Shown here: in pieces, positions 10,558-20,222 of the stretch
Layout of the letters: each line of letters starts with the position of its first letter
Numbering within the stretch: position 1 is the first letter of the stretch
Origin: an uncultured Desulfobacterales bacterium
GTDB lineage: Bacteria; Desulfobacterota; Desulfobacteria; Desulfobacterales; SURF-7
NCBI GenBank assembly: GCA_964617785.1
Contig: CAZTYY010000001.1
Location: 1-56,069, forward strand
Length of the DNA stretch: 56,069 bases
Direction of reading: 5' to 3'
Notes under the pieces: generated by a model
The model's database searches: none
The model's input: the letters and a program-made list of their open reading frames with translations, nothing else
What the model was told of the DNA's origin: nothing
Program-made: the position numbers and the translations under genes

Positions 10558-11862
10558 TCATATTTTAACCCATCCTTTTTCAATGGCTTCCATTGTCTCC
10601 CCAACAAGATAAAGCGACCCTGCTATGCAAACAGCATCCTCAGCAGATGCTGTTTCAACTGCGTATTTTACGGCTTCCGGCACATCAGAAATGACCCTGA
10701 CATCAGATACCATACTTTTTGCCACATGATACAGTTTTTCAGGTGCGAGACTTCGATCGATTTTAGGACGAGTTAGAATCACCTTTGAACAATGGGGCAG
10801 AAGATGGCGCAGCATTGTCTTGTATGACTTGTCATCAAGTATTCCAACAACCAGGGTCAGGTTCCTGTCCTTAATGTTTTTAGATAAAAATTTTGAGAGA
10901 ATTTTTACGGCAGAAATGTTATGTGCGCCGTCAATCAGGATAAAAGGAGAGGTGGAGACTATTTCGAGCCTTCCCGGCCATATATTATTTTCAAGCCCTT
11001 TTCTGATATTTAAAAGTGTAATATTCTGCTTCGCAATTTGGTCGGTACCTTCTATTAAAAGCTCACATGCTGCCAATGCGAGTGCGGCATTATCCTTCTG
11101 ATGGCTGCCATGTAACCCTGTACAAAGATCACGCCATGTATGATCAATGCCAAGATAGGAGAACCCTCCTTTTGTATTTTTACGAACACTGAAATCGGTT
11201 TTGAATTCAAAAAGCCTGGCGGATTTTTCACCTGCTATCTGTTTCAGTACAGCTCTGCCTGCTTTCTGCGTTACACCGGTTACCACCGGCGTCTCCTGTT
11301 TGATAATGCCCCCTTTTTCAAAAGCAATTCGGGCGATTGTATTACCGAGGTACATCTGGTGTTCTATGGAAACATTTGTTATGATAGAAATTTTAGGACA
11401 AACAATATTCGTTGCATCCAGCCTGCCGCCCATTCCGGTTTCGATTATCGCCCAGTCAACATTCTTTCTGCTGAATTCATAAAAAGCCATTGCTGTTGTG
11501 TACTCAAAAAAGGTCGGCTCCCGGTCGCCATAGTGAACTTGCTTAACGGCCTCAAAGGATTCAACAACATCTTTGTCGGAAATCATTTTTCCGTTTATAC
11601 ATATTCTTTCATTAAACCTCACAAGGTGAGGAGATGTGTAAAGACCAACATTGAACCCGGCATAATGCAGTATGGTTGCCAAGGTGGACGCGACAGACCC
11701 CTTACCATTTGTTCCGGCAATATGTATACAGGCAAAATTGTTTTGGGGATTTCCTATCCCTTCAAGAATGTTTCTGATGGTGCCCAGCCCAAGCTTTATC
11801 CCGAACCTCCGGAGGCTGTACATTGCCTCAAGGCACTTTTTATATGTATTTGCTTCAATCAT
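10558..11862 (-). CDS. folC: bifunctional folylpolyglutamate synthase / dihydrofolate synthase
   Basis: 434 aa. Mur-ligase-type P-loop HIAGTNGKGS and FolC-like C-terminal domain. Confidence 0.9.
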   Translation of the reverse strand: MIEANTYKKCLEAMYSLRRFGIKLGLGTIRNILEGIGNPQNNFACIHIAGTNGKGSVASTLATILHYAGFNVGLYTSPHLVRFNERICINGKMISDKDVVESFEAVKQVHYGDREPTFFEYTTAMAFYEFSRKNVDWAIIETGMGGRLDATNIVCPKISIITNVSIEHQMYLGNTIARIAFEKGGIIKQETPVVTGVTQKAGRAVLKQIAGEKSARLFEFKTDFSVRKNTKGGFSYLGIDHTWRDLCTGLHGSHQKDNAALALAACELLIEGTDQIAKQNITLLNIRKGLENNIWPGRLEIVSTSPFILIDGAHNISAVKILSKFLSKNIKDRNLTLVVGILDDKSYKTMLRHLLPHCSKVILTRPKIDRSLAPEKLYHVAKSMVSDVRVISDVPEAVKYAVETASAEDAVCIAGSLYLVGETMEAIEKGWVKI

Positions 11863-11865
11863 AAC

Positions 11866-11909
11866 AAAAAAAAACCCGGAAGAACGGAAAGTATTCTGTC
11901 CGGGTTTTT
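11866..11909 (-). terminator. rho-independent terminator downstream of rpsU (hairpin also usable on the + strand)
   Basis: ACCCGGA (11874-11880) pairs with TCCGGGT (11899-11905), extended by GAA/TTC. On the minus strand a run of 9 T follows; on the plus strand 5 T. Confidence 0.7.
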
Positions 11910-11941
11910 AAGAAATAACCTTTCTATTCCTTATCTGAGCT

Positions 11942-12154
11942 TTATCTTAATTTTCCGTATTTTTCTTTTGAAATGGCTATTCTTTGCCGTCTCAGAGCTT
12001 CTCTCTGTTTTCTCCGTCGATGTTCACTTGGCTTTTCATAGTTCTTTTTAAGCTTCAGTCGTTTAAAAAGACCGTCATTCTGAATTTTTTTCTTTAATAT
12101 CCGCATGGCCTTTTCAAGGTCATTATCAAGAACTCTTACCTGAATTTCTTTCAC
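11942..12154 (-). CDS. rpsU: 30S ribosomal protein S21
   Basis: 70 aa basic protein, typical S21 sequence (VLDNDLEKAMRILKKK...KPSEHRRRK). GTG start preceded by GAAAGGGG. Confidence 0.9.
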   Translation of the reverse strand: MKEIQVRVLDNDLEKAMRILKKKIQNDGLFKRLKLKKNYEKPSEHRRRKQREALRRQRIAISKEKYGKLR

Positions 12155-12230
12155 ACTTCTCGCCCCTTTCGTTCCATCATTAAAAATAGTATGTTATGAT
12201 GGTTATTTAAAACCGAATTTAAAATCATTC

Positions 12231-12259
12231 TATATATATTATAATAAATGGTTTGGCAA
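12231..12259 (-). promoter_or_regulatory. candidate sigma70 promoter for rpsU
   Basis: Minus strand reads TTGCCA (12259-12254), a 17-nt spacer, then TATATA (12236-12231). Hexamer match only. Confidence 0.3.
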
Positions 12260-12270
12260 GAAAAACTTTC

Positions 12271-12945
12271 TTACAGTTTTGAAACAAGCTCTTCGGTAAC
12301 TTCTTTTACACTGGGCGCACCGTCCAGCGTGATATATTTGATTTTTCCTTCTTTTTCAGCAAGGTTTTTAAAATAATAGGCTGATGCCAGTGTGCCTGTT
12401 TCCACATCATAATATATTGAGTGACGTTTGTTTATCGCCTCTTCATCCTGGTCATCCGCTCTTGTTGTCAGTTCATCTCCACAAACTCTACATTTGTCTC
12501 CATCCGGCTTGATGGCATCAATAAAGATATTGTTCGGATGGTTGTTGTCGTTAGCACAAAGCCTGCGCCCCATTATTCTGTTTTTTGCAATATTCCGGTC
12601 CAAAACTATTTCAGCGACAATATCCAGTGCGATACCAGCCTGTTGTAGTGATTCGGCCAGTTTTTCAGCTTGGGTTTTGTTGCGTGGGAAACCGTCAAGC
12701 AGCCATCCTTTTTTACAATCATCCTGCTGAAGACGATCAAGTATCATCGGAATGGTAATTTCATCCGGAACAAGGTCTCCCTTGTCAATAAATTCTTTTG
12801 CTTTTGATCCCAGCGCAGTTCCGCCTTTGATATTTTCTCTGAAAATAGCGCCGGATTCAATATGCGATATGTTATACTTGTCTTTTAAGATTGAGCCTTG
12901 TGTGCCTTTGCCGCTGCCGTTTGGTCCAAAAAACAAAACGTTCAT
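12271..12945 (-). CDS. adk: adenylate kinase (long lid form)
   Basis: P-loop GPNGSGKGTQ. The ATG at 12945 is preceded by AAGGAG. The 23-codon upstream extension of the ORF (to 13014) lies inside a repeated intergenic element and is probably not translated as part of Adk. Confidence 0.9.
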   Translation of the reverse strand: MNVLFFGPNGSGKGTQGSILKDKYNISHIESGAIFRENIKGGTALGSKAKEFIDKGDLVPDEITIPMILDRLQQDDCKKGWLLDGFPRNKTQAEKLAESLQQAGIALDIVAEIVLDRNIAKNRIMGRRLCANDNNHPNNIFIDAIKPDGDKCRVCGDELTTRADDQDEEAINKRHSIYYDVETGTLASAYYFKNLAEKEGKIKYITLDGAPSVKEVTEELVSKL

Positions 12946-12976
12946 GTTGCTCTCCTTTAACTTTCTAAGCTTTGAT

Positions 12977-13127
12977 GGCTTCGTAAAAAGTCCAATATCT
13001 GCATTGCGCTTCATCCCTCGTCACTGCGACGTACGCTAAGTACGCCTCATTCCTCGGGATTCGCGACGCCCCCAGTTTAAGCCGGGCTTGAACTTTTTTT
13101 GTTGCCATCCCAAATTGACTTTAAATT
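12977..13127 (-). repeat. intergenic repeat element, copy A (minus orientation, directly upstream of adk)
   Basis: The reverse complement aligns with 15124-15255. Blocks TTGGGATGGCAACAAAAAAAGTTCAAG, AATCCCGAGGAATGAGGCGTACTTA and ATTGGACTTTTTACGAAGCC match copy B with few mismatches. One internal indel. Confidence 0.75.
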
Positions 13128-13508
13128 TCAACGTTTCGCCTTACTATCGGAAAGGAGGTTTTTTGTCAAGGGATGGAAAAAATCAAAAAAATCATCAAAA
13201 CGCTTGACACATACCCATTCATATTATACCGTATAAAAAATTAAAGGTCCTGCCTTTGAAAATTTTTGTTTGAATCTGCAAAAACAACCTGATTTCTTTC
13301 AATGCTTGTAACCAATTATATTAAAAGAAATGGAAAACGAAAAATTAAATAAAATAATAAGAAAAATTACCGGCTTTTATCAGACCAAAATCAAACCTGC
13401 TTAGCGTTCGAAATAAAAAAATGATGAACATGCTTGAAAAACAGGAAGGTGGTAGTGATTTCCGGGTTTTTCTAACTTGAAAAATAACTGATTAACGGAG
13501 CAAAATTA

Positions 13509-14756
13509 ATGAACATTGTTGAATTAAAAGAAAAAAAGATCGGCGAATTGACGGAAATGGCCAGGGACTTCAAAATTGAGGGGGCTGCCGGGCTCCGCAA
13601 ACAGGAACTTATGTTCGCCCTGCTTCAGGCGCAGATCGAAAAAGACGGTTTGATCTACGGACAGGGAACGCTGGAAATTCTTCCCGATGGTTTCGGCTTT
13701 TTAAGATCGCCGCAGTATAATTATCTGCCCGGCCCTGATGACATTTATGTCTCGCCGTCACAGATCCGTCGATTTAATTTAAAAACCGGCGACACGGTTT
13801 CCGGACAGATAAGGCAACCAAAAGAGACTGAAAGGTATTTTGCTTTATTGAAGGTTGAAGCCATTAACTTTGAAGACCCTGAAATCGCAAGAGAAAAAAT
13901 CCTTTTTGACAACCTAACACCTCTTTATTCTAATGAAAAAATGATGCTTGAAACAGATCCTGAAAACTATTCCACACGCATTATGGACTTAATGACGCCA
14001 ATCGGTTTTGGTCAAAGAGGCCTGATTGTTTCACCACCCAGGTCAGGAAAAACAATGCTCCTTCAGGCAATTGCGAATGCTGTTATTAAAAGCCATAAGG
14101 ATATCATTCCATTCGTGCTTCTTATTGATGAGCGTCCTGAAGAGGTAACGGATATGGCCCGGTCCGTTGACGCAGAAGTGATCAGTTCAACTTTTGACGA
14201 GCCTGCAGAGCGCCACGTCCAAGTGGCTGAAATGGTTATTGAAAAAGCAAAAAGACTAGTTGAGCATAAAAAAAATGTGATTATTCTTCTGGACAGTGTG
14301 ACAAGGCTCGCCCGGGCTTATAATTCGGTAATGCCGCCCAGCGGAAAAATCCTCTCAGGCGGTGTCGACTCCAATGCACTTCATCGTCCCAAACGGTTTT
14401 TTGGTGCAGCCCGTAATATCGAAGAAGGAGGAAGCCTGACAATCATCGCAACAGCATTGGTGGATACAGGAAGCCGGATGGATGAAGTTATTTTTGAAGA
14501 ATTCAAAGGAACCGGCAACATGGAGCTGCAACTCGACCGCAAACTGTCAGACCGGCGCCTATATCCTGCAATCGACATTAACAGATCAGGTACCCGAAAA
14601 GAAGAATTGCTTCTTGATAAAGATGTTCTGAGCAGGATATGGGTTTTAAGAAAACTCCTGGCCACATTAAATCCTATTGACAGTTTAGAATTTTTACTTG
14701 ATAAAATGAGCGGAACAAAGGATAATAAGAGTTTTTTAGATGCAATGAATACATAA
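13509..14756 (+). CDS. rho: transcription termination factor Rho
   Basis: 415 aa. Rho N-terminal and RNA-binding domains, Walker A PPRSGKT, typical C-terminus. Preceded by a leader/intergenic region of about 490 nt. Confidence 0.95.
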   Translation: MNIVELKEKKIGELTEMARDFKIEGAAGLRKQELMFALLQAQIEKDGLIYGQGTLEILPDGFGFLRSPQYNYLPGPDDIYVSPSQIRRFNLKTGDTVSGQIRQPKETERYFALLKVEAINFEDPEIAREKILFDNLTPLYSNEKMMLETDPENYSTRIMDLMTPIGFGQRGLIVSPPRSGKTMLLQAIANAVIKSHKDIIPFVLLIDERPEEVTDMARSVDAEVISSTFDEPAERHVQVAEMVIEKAKRLVEHKKNVIILLDSVTRLARAYNSVMPPSGKILSGGVDSNALHRPKRFFGAARNIEEGGSLTIIATALVDTGSRMDEVIFEEFKGTGNMELQLDRKLSDRRLYPAIDINRSGTRKEELLLDKDVLSRIWVLRKLLATLNPIDSLEFLLDKMSGTKDNKSFLDAMNT

Positions 14757-14782
14757 AATGTTTTTAGGAGGTTGAAACAACA

Positions 14783-15004
14783 ATGAAAACCGATATTCAT
14801 CCTGAGTATTTTGAAGCTACTATAAAATGCGCGTGTGGTAACGCATTGCAGGCAGGTTCTACAAAAAAGGCTCTCAAAGTTGAAATCTGTTCAAAATGCC
14901 ATCCGTTTTTTACAGGCAAGCAGAAATTGATAGATACAGGCGGCAGAATTGACCGATTTCGGAAAAAGTACGCTAAATTTCAGAACCAGGAAACAACAAC
15001 ATAG
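14783..15004 (+). CDS. rpmE: 50S ribosomal protein L31
   Basis: 73 aa. MKTDIHPEY start and Cys motifs (CxC...[10 protein letters not shown]). GGAGG RBS upstream. Confidence 0.95.
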   Translation: MKTDIHPEYFEATIKCACGNALQAGSTKKALKVEICSKCHPFFTGKQKLIDTGGRIDRFRKKYAKFQNQETTT

Positions 15005-15019
15005 CTTAACAATAATTTA

Positions 15020-15100
15020 CCGGAGATTCAAAACAGGATGCCCAAACTCGAAAAAGTATTCGGGTTTGATTAAGGTATTTTGATTCTCCGGATTTTTTTT
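15020..15100 (+). terminator. structured rho-independent terminator after rpmE
   Basis: A 14-bp outer stem CCGGAGATTCAAAA (15020-15033) / TTTTGATTCTCCGG (15078-15091), with 1 mismatch, encloses an inner 10-bp hairpin CAAACTCGAA/TTCGGGTTTG. It is followed by A then 8 T. Confidence 0.6.
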
Positions 15101-15123
15101 ATTATTTGACCGTCTCGTAAAAT

Positions 15124-15255
15124 ATTTAAATTGGCATGGCAAAGAAAAAAGCTCAAGTTCAAGGCATGCAAATTCTGAGAAGTGAGGCGTACTTATAATA
15201 TGTCGAATGAACTCAGGATGCAGCATAACAAAGAAATTGGACTTTTTACAAAGCC
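15124..15255 (+). repeat. intergenic repeat element, copy B (plus orientation, directly upstream of prfA)
   Basis: Aligns with the reverse complement of 12977-13127 (see copy A). Ends 15 nt before the prfA ATG. Confidence 0.75.
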
Positions 15256-15270
15256 CTCATAGTTTTTTCT

Positions 15271-16356
15271 ATGTTTGATAAACTAATAGCTGTTGAAGAA
15301 CGATTTGAAGAGCTTGAAAAACTGCTCAGTGATCCTGAAATTATTCAGGATCAGGCAACATATCAGAAGTATGCCAAGGAGCACTCTGTGCTCAATAAAG
15401 TTGTTTCAGTTTTCAGGACATATAAGCAAACACTTTCAGAGCTTGAAGACAGTAACGAACTCTTAAAGGACGGTGATCCGGAAATAAAAAAACTGGCAAA
15501 AGAAGAGATAGAAACACTTGCCAAAAAAAAAGAAACGCTTGAACAAACGATTAAAACACTTCTGATACCCAAGGACCCGAATGATGACAAGAATATAATA
15601 ATTGAAATAAGGGCAGGCACCGGTGGAGATGAAGCGGCGCTGTTTGCAGCAGATCTTTTTAGAATGTACAGCAGGTATACCGAAAATCAAAACTGGAAGA
15701 TGGAAATAATTAATCACAATGGTACTGATGTTGGAGGGATAAAAGAGGTTATTGCCATGATTCACGGCAAGGGAGCCTACAGTTCTTTTAAATATGAAAG
15801 CGGTACTCACAGGGTTCAGCGAGTGCCTACAACCGAAGCGCAAGGAAGGATCCACACTTCTGCTGTGACGGTTGCCGTTCTTCCTGAAGCAGAAGATGTT
15901 GAATTAGATATTGATCCAAGCGAAATTAGAACAGACGTCTTCCGTGCAACAGGACCTGGCGGCCAAAGCGTTAATACAACAGACTCGGCTGTCAGGCTGA
16001 CACACCTTCCAACAGGCCTTATTGTTACCTGCCAGGATGAAAAATCGCAGCATAAAAACAAAGCCAAAGCAATGAAAGTGTTGCGTGCCCGTCTTCTTGA
16101 TGCAATGATTCAGGAACAAAATGATAAGCGGTCGGAAAAAAGAAAAAGTCAGGTCGGAAGCGGGGACAGGAGCGGCAGAATTCGAACTTACAATTTCCCT
16201 CAGGGCAGAGTAACGGACCACCGTATTGGACTCACACTATATAAGCTTGACAGTATTCTTGAGGGAAATATCTTAGAGCTTCTGGATGGACTCACCACAT
16301 ACTATCAGGCCCGGGCTATGCAAAATGAAGAAGGAAGGTCAACCCCTGAAGCCTGA
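15271..16356 (+). CDS. prfA: peptide chain release factor 1
   Basis: 361 aa. The PxT-type RF1 region and the GGQ motif ([10 protein letters not shown]) are present. Confidence 0.95.
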   Translation: MFDKLIAVEERFEELEKLLSDPEIIQDQATYQKYAKEHSVLNKVVSVFRTYKQTLSELEDSNELLKDGDPEIKKLAKEEIETLAKKKETLEQTIKTLLIPKDPNDDKNIIIEIRAGTGGDEAALFAADLFRMYSRYTENQNWKMEIINHNGTDVGGIKEVIAMIHGKGAYSSFKYESGTHRVQRVPTTEAQGRIHTSAVTVAVLPEAEDVELDIDPSEIRTDVFRATGPGGQSVNTTDSAVRLTHLPTGLIVTCQDEKSQHKNKAKAMKVLRARLLDAMIQEQNDKRSEKRKSQVGSGDRSGRIRTYNFPQGRVTDHRIGLTLYKLDSILEGNILELLDGLTTYYQARAMQNEEGRSTPEA

Positions 16357-17221
16357 ATGGACAATCCTCAAACTGATTCAATGGACCACATCCTATTTTA
16401 CATCCCGTCAGATTGAAAGCCCCCGTGTTGCTGCTGAGATCCTTCTTGCTCACAGCCTTGGCATAAAACGCGTAGACCTGTATATTCGATTTGATCAGCC
16501 ATTGTCGGAAAACGAACTCGCCGATTTCAAGAGCCTGATAAAAAGAAGGGCTCAAAAAGAACCGGTGGCATATATCACCGGATCAAAAGAATTCTGGTCA
16601 ATCGATTTCAAGGTTACACCTGATGTGTTGATACCGAGGCCGGATACTGAATGCCTTGTTGAAACAGCTCTTGAATATCTTTCCGACAAACCAAATTCAT
16701 CGCCAAAAAAAATTTTTGAGCCGGGAACAGGATCAGGTGCTATTATTATTGCTCTTTGCTCAGAACATCCGGAACACATTTTTTTTGCATCTGATCTTTC
16801 TGTAAAAGCCCTTGAAACAGCAAAAACAAATGCCGAAAAATGCAACCTTGAAAAAACAATACGTTTTTTTTCCGGTGACTGGCTGGCTCCACTCAATCAT
16901 ATCAACGGTCGGTTTGATATAATCATTTCAAACCCTCCGTATATCCCGACAGATGTTATCAAAACCCTTCAGTCGGAAATCTGTGAATACGAACCCCGGA
17001 TGGCGCTGGATGGCGACAAGGACGGCCTTGCCGCATTAAGACATCTTATCATGTTTGCACATTCATTTCTGAAACCTGACGGATGTTTAATCCTTGAAAT
17101 CGGTCATGATCAAAAAGACCATATTAAAAAAATAATCACTGATTGTGGAAACTATGAAGATATTCTTTTTAGAAAAGATTATGGGGGCAATTATCGCGTG
17201 GTTCACATGAAGAAAAAGTAG
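16325..17221 (+). CDS. prmC: release factor glutamine N5-methyltransferase
   Basis: SAM-binding GTGSGAI and catalytic NPPY motifs. The ORF opens at 16286, but the ATG at 16325 limits overlap with prfA to 32 nt. Start uncertain. Confidence 0.85.
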   Translation: MKKEGQPLKPEWTILKLIQWTTSYFTSRQIESPRVAAEILLAHSLGIKRVDLYIRFDQPLSENELADFKSLIKRRAQKEPVAYITGSKEFWSIDFKVTPDVLIPRPDTECLVETALEYLSDKPNSSPKKIFEPGTGSGAIIIALCSEHPEHIFFASDLSVKALETAKTNAEKCNLEKTIRFFSGDWLAPLNHINGRFDIIISNPPYIPTDVIKTLQSEICEYEPRMALDGDKDGLAALRHLIMFAHSFLKPDGCLILEIGHDQKDHIKKIITDCGNYEDILFRKDYGGNYRVVHMKKK

Positions 17222-17374
17222 TTGCGTAATGACATGTTATCTGTTATGAATGTAAGATTTTTGAAAACCATATCACACGCTTTTTGACCTGTTCCCAGGT
17301 GCTTTTTCATGGAAAAAGTCGGCAACAGGGACGATAAAGGCGGAGGAAAAAACTAATTAGAAAAGGAGTACAAA

Positions 17375-18280
17375 ATGGCTAACATTACAATGAGGGAACT
17401 TCTTGAAGCAGGAGTTCATTTTGGTCATCAGACAAAACGCTGGAACCCTAAAATGAAGCCGTATATTTTCGGCGCCCGTAACGGAATCTATATTATCGAT
17501 CTGCAAAAAACTGTTCGAATGTTTAAAGTCGCTTATGATTTCATTGTCAATACAGTTGCTAACGGCAAATCAGTCCTTTTTGTAGGCACCAAAAAACAGG
17601 CAAGAGAGTCAATTTACGAGGAATCAAACCGATGCGAGATGTTTTATGTACACAATCGCTGGTTGGGCGGCATGCTTACCAATTTTCAAACAGTGAAAAA
17701 GAGTATCGACCGTTTGAATTATCTTAAGGATATTGAAAATGACGGCTCAATCAACCTGTTCCCTAAAAAAGAAAGGCTGCTGCTCGGAAAAGAACGTATA
17801 AAGCTTGATAACAACCTCGGCGGAATACGTAATATGAAGAAACTTCCGGGCGCAATTTTTATCGTTGACCCAAAAAAAGAAGCAATAGCTGTTCGCGAAG
17901 GGCGCCGGCTTGGAATACCGATTATTGCAATAGTTGACACCAACTGTGACCCTGATGAAATCGACTATATTGTTCCTGGCAATGACGATGCCATTCGAGC
18001 CATCCGGCTGGTCTCCTCAAAAATAGCAAATGCATGTATAGAAGGCAGCCAGCTGTATGCTGAAAAAGCACAGGCAAAAGACGATAAAAAAGCCGAAGAT
18101 GCGCCGGCATCAACCATGCCTGCTGCCGAAGAATTAAAACCCGGCGAACGTAAGGTTATTTCGGACGGTTCTTCCGGACCCGTAGTAGAGATTATCAGAA
18201 AAATAACTTCTGAAACTAATCAGCATGATTCTGAAAAACAAAAAGCGACAAAAAGCGAACAAGAACAAACAGGAGAATAA
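17375..18280 (+). CDS. rpsB: 30S ribosomal protein S2
   Basis: 301 aa. Typical S2 N-terminus ([22 protein letters not shown]) with an acidic/Lys-rich C-terminal tail. AAGGAG RBS. Confidence 0.95.
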   Translation: MANITMRELLEAGVHFGHQTKRWNPKMKPYIFGARNGIYIIDLQKTVRMFKVAYDFIVNTVANGKSVLFVGTKKQARESIYEESNRCEMFYVHNRWLGGMLTNFQTVKKSIDRLNYLKDIENDGSINLFPKKERLLLGKERIKLDNNLGGIRNMKKLPGAIFIVDPKKEAIAVREGRRLGIPIIAIVDTNCDPDEIDYIVPGNDDAIRAIRLVSSKIANACIEGSQLYAEKAQAKDDKKAEDAPASTMPAAEELKPGERKVISDGSSGPVVEIIRKITSETNQHDSEKQKATKSEQEQTGE

Positions 18281-18282
18281 AC

Positions 18283-18879
18283 ATGGCAACAGTAAGTGCG
18301 GAAAATGTTAAAGAGCTTCGGCAAAAAACCGGAGCAGGCATAATGGATTGCAAGGAGGCACTTTTAGACTGCAACGGAGACATTGAAAAAGCTGTCGATT
18401 TTCTAAGAAAAAAAGGAATGGCAATAGCTCTGAAACGTGCCGGGCGCGGGACATCTGAAGGAACGGTTCAGTCTTATATTCATATGGGTGGCAAAATCGG
18501 CGTAATAGTGGAAGCCAACTGTGAATCTGACTTTGTTGCAAAAAATGAAGATTTCATCACTTTTACAAAAAATATTGCAATGCACATTGCAGCAACAAAC
18601 CCAGCAGGCATTGTTCCGGAGGATGTGTCTGAAGAGGTTATCAAAAGGGAAAAAGAAGTTTATCGCGAGCAGGCCCTTGAAATGGGAAAGCCGGAAAAGA
18701 TGATCGACAAAATCGTCGAAGGCAAGCTGAATAAATTTTATAAGGAATCATGCCTGATGAACCAATCCTATGTGCGTGATCCGAATATAACAATAACTGA
18801 CCTTTTAAATGATGTGATCGCAAAAATCGGTGAAAATATTAAAATCAGTCGCTTTGCAAGATTCCAGATAGGAGAATAA
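18283..18879 (+). CDS. tsf: translation elongation factor Ts
   Basis: 198 aa short-form EF-Ts. UBA-like N-terminus [19 protein letters not shown]. Confidence 0.95.
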   Translation: MATVSAENVKELRQKTGAGIMDCKEALLDCNGDIEKAVDFLRKKGMAIALKRAGRGTSEGTVQSYIHMGGKIGVIVEANCESDFVAKNEDFITFTKNIAMHIAATNPAGIVPEDVSEEVIKREKEVYREQALEMGKPEKMIDKIVEGKLNKFYKESCLMNQSYVRDPNITITDLLNDVIAKIGENIKISRFARFQIGE

Positions 18880-18884
18880 AATCA

Positions 18885-19601
18885 TTGTCACATTCACGCT
18901 ATAAAAGGATTATGTTGAAATTGAGCGGTGAAGCTCTAATGGGTGACCAGAACTTCGGAATTAGTTCGGAAATGATTAAATATGTTGCCAATGAAATCCG
19001 GTCGATATTTGACCTTGGAGTTCAAATCGCCGTTGTTGTCGGCGGAGGTAATATCTTCAGAGGAATTGCCGCAAGTTCATACGGCATGGACCGAGCTTCT
19101 GCTGATCACATGGGAATGCTTGCAACAGTGATCAACAGTATCGCACTTCAGGATGCCCTGGAGAAAAAAGGGATTGAAACAAGGGTTCAGTCTGCTATTT
19201 CCATGCACGAAATCGCTGAACCCTATATCCTTAGACGTGCAGTCAGACATCTTGAGAAAGGACGAGTGGTTATTTTTGCCGCGGGTACCGGAAGCCCTTA
19301 TTTTACGACAGACACAGCAGCAGTTCTGAGGGCACAGGAGACACATGCCGAAATCCTTTTAAAGGCCACAAAGGTTGATGGTGTTTACGACTCGGATCCG
19401 GTAACCAACAATAATGCCAAATTTATAAAAAAAATTACTTATATGAAAGTGCTGGAAACACAGCTTCAGGTTATGGATATGACAGCCATATCACTGGCAA
19501 TGGATAATCGGCTTCCGCTTTCTGTTTTCAGCCTTAAAAAGAAAGGGAATATGAGAAAGGTTGTCTGTGGAGAAACTGTGGGAACTCTTATAAAAGGCTG
19601 A
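18885..19601 (+). CDS. pyrH: UMP kinase
   Basis: 238 aa. [12 protein letters not shown] and GGGNIFRG motifs. TTG start. Confidence 0.95.
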   Translation: MSHSRYKRIMLKLSGEALMGDQNFGISSEMIKYVANEIRSIFDLGVQIAVVVGGGNIFRGIAASSYGMDRASADHMGMLATVINSIALQDALEKKGIETRVQSAISMHEIAEPYILRRAVRHLEKGRVVIFAAGTGSPYFTTDTAAVLRAQETHAEILLKATKVDGVYDSDPVTNNNAKFIKKITYMKVLETQLQVMDMTAISLAMDNRLPLSVFSLKKKGNMRKVVCGETVGTLIKG

Positions 19602-19664
19602 CCAGGGGTAATGTCGTACTAAAATTGTGAAATGTCCAAGGCGTATCCAGAGAGGTGAAAAGCC

Positions 19665-20222
19665 ATGACAGAATCGATTTACAGCGAAACCAGGGAGAAT
19701 ATGACCAAAGCAGTAACCGCCCTTGAAAACGAATTGAAAAAAGTTAGAACAGGCCGGGCTTCTCTAAATCTTCTTGACGGTATCAGGGCAGACTACTATG
19801 GGACGCTGACTCCGCTTAATCAAATGGCTTCCCTTTCTGTGCCCGAAAGCCGACTTATTACGATACAGCCTTGGGATGTAACTGCCATCAAGGAAATTGA
19901 GAAGGCCATTTTAAAATCAAATCTTGGGTTAACGCCTGCGAATGACGGTAAACTGATTCGAATTCCGATCCCGCCGCTGACTGAAGAACGGCGCAAGGAA
20001 ATTGTAAAGCTGGTCCACAAAATGTGTGAAGATAAAAAAGTCACCATACGTAACACAAGACGGGATTCAAACGAGATGTTGAAAATGCTGAAAAAAAACG
20101 GCGACATCTCGGAAGATGACAGTTTCAAAGCCCAGGACAAGGTGCAGAAAATAACTGACCAACAGATTAGCCTTATTGATGACACCTTCAAAAATAAAGA
20201 AAAGGAAATACTTGAATTCTGA
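19665..20222 (+). CDS. frr: ribosome recycling factor
   Basis: 185 aa. Typical RRF sequence (VRTGRAS..LLD, PPLTEERRKE). Confidence 0.95.
   Translation: MTESIYSETRENMTKAVTALENELKKVRTGRASLNLLDGIRADYYGTLTPLNQMASLSVPESRLITIQPWDVTAIKEIEKAILKSNLGLTPANDGKLIRIPIPPLTEERRKEIVKLVHKMCEDKKVTIRNTRRDSNEMLKMLKKNGDISEDDSFKAQDKVQKITDQQISLIDDTFKNKEKEILEF

Noticed and set aside
11140-12051. 303-aa ORF on the + strand.
   Set aside because: It lies entirely antisense to folC and rpsU, which have strong family signatures. Its composition is low-complexity and Cys/Phe-rich, typical of a shadow frame, and no motif is recognisable.
12946-13014. N-terminal 23-codon extension of adk ([23 protein letters not shown]).
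   Set aside because: The conserved Adk N-terminus starts at the ATG at 12945, which has a perfect AAGGAG RBS. The extension lies inside the repeated intergenic element. I kept it as part of the repeat finding, not as Adk coding sequence.
13174-13480. Three tiny ORFs (19-24 aa) and a TTGACA hexamer (13204-13209) in the long rho leader.
   Set aside because: None has a properly spaced RBS. The TTGACA has no -10 hexamer at 16-18 nt spacing. This is insufficient to call leader peptides or a promoter.
14381-14800. 139-aa ORF on the - strand.
   Set aside because: It is antisense to the 3' end of rho and the rpmE start, so it is a shadow frame.
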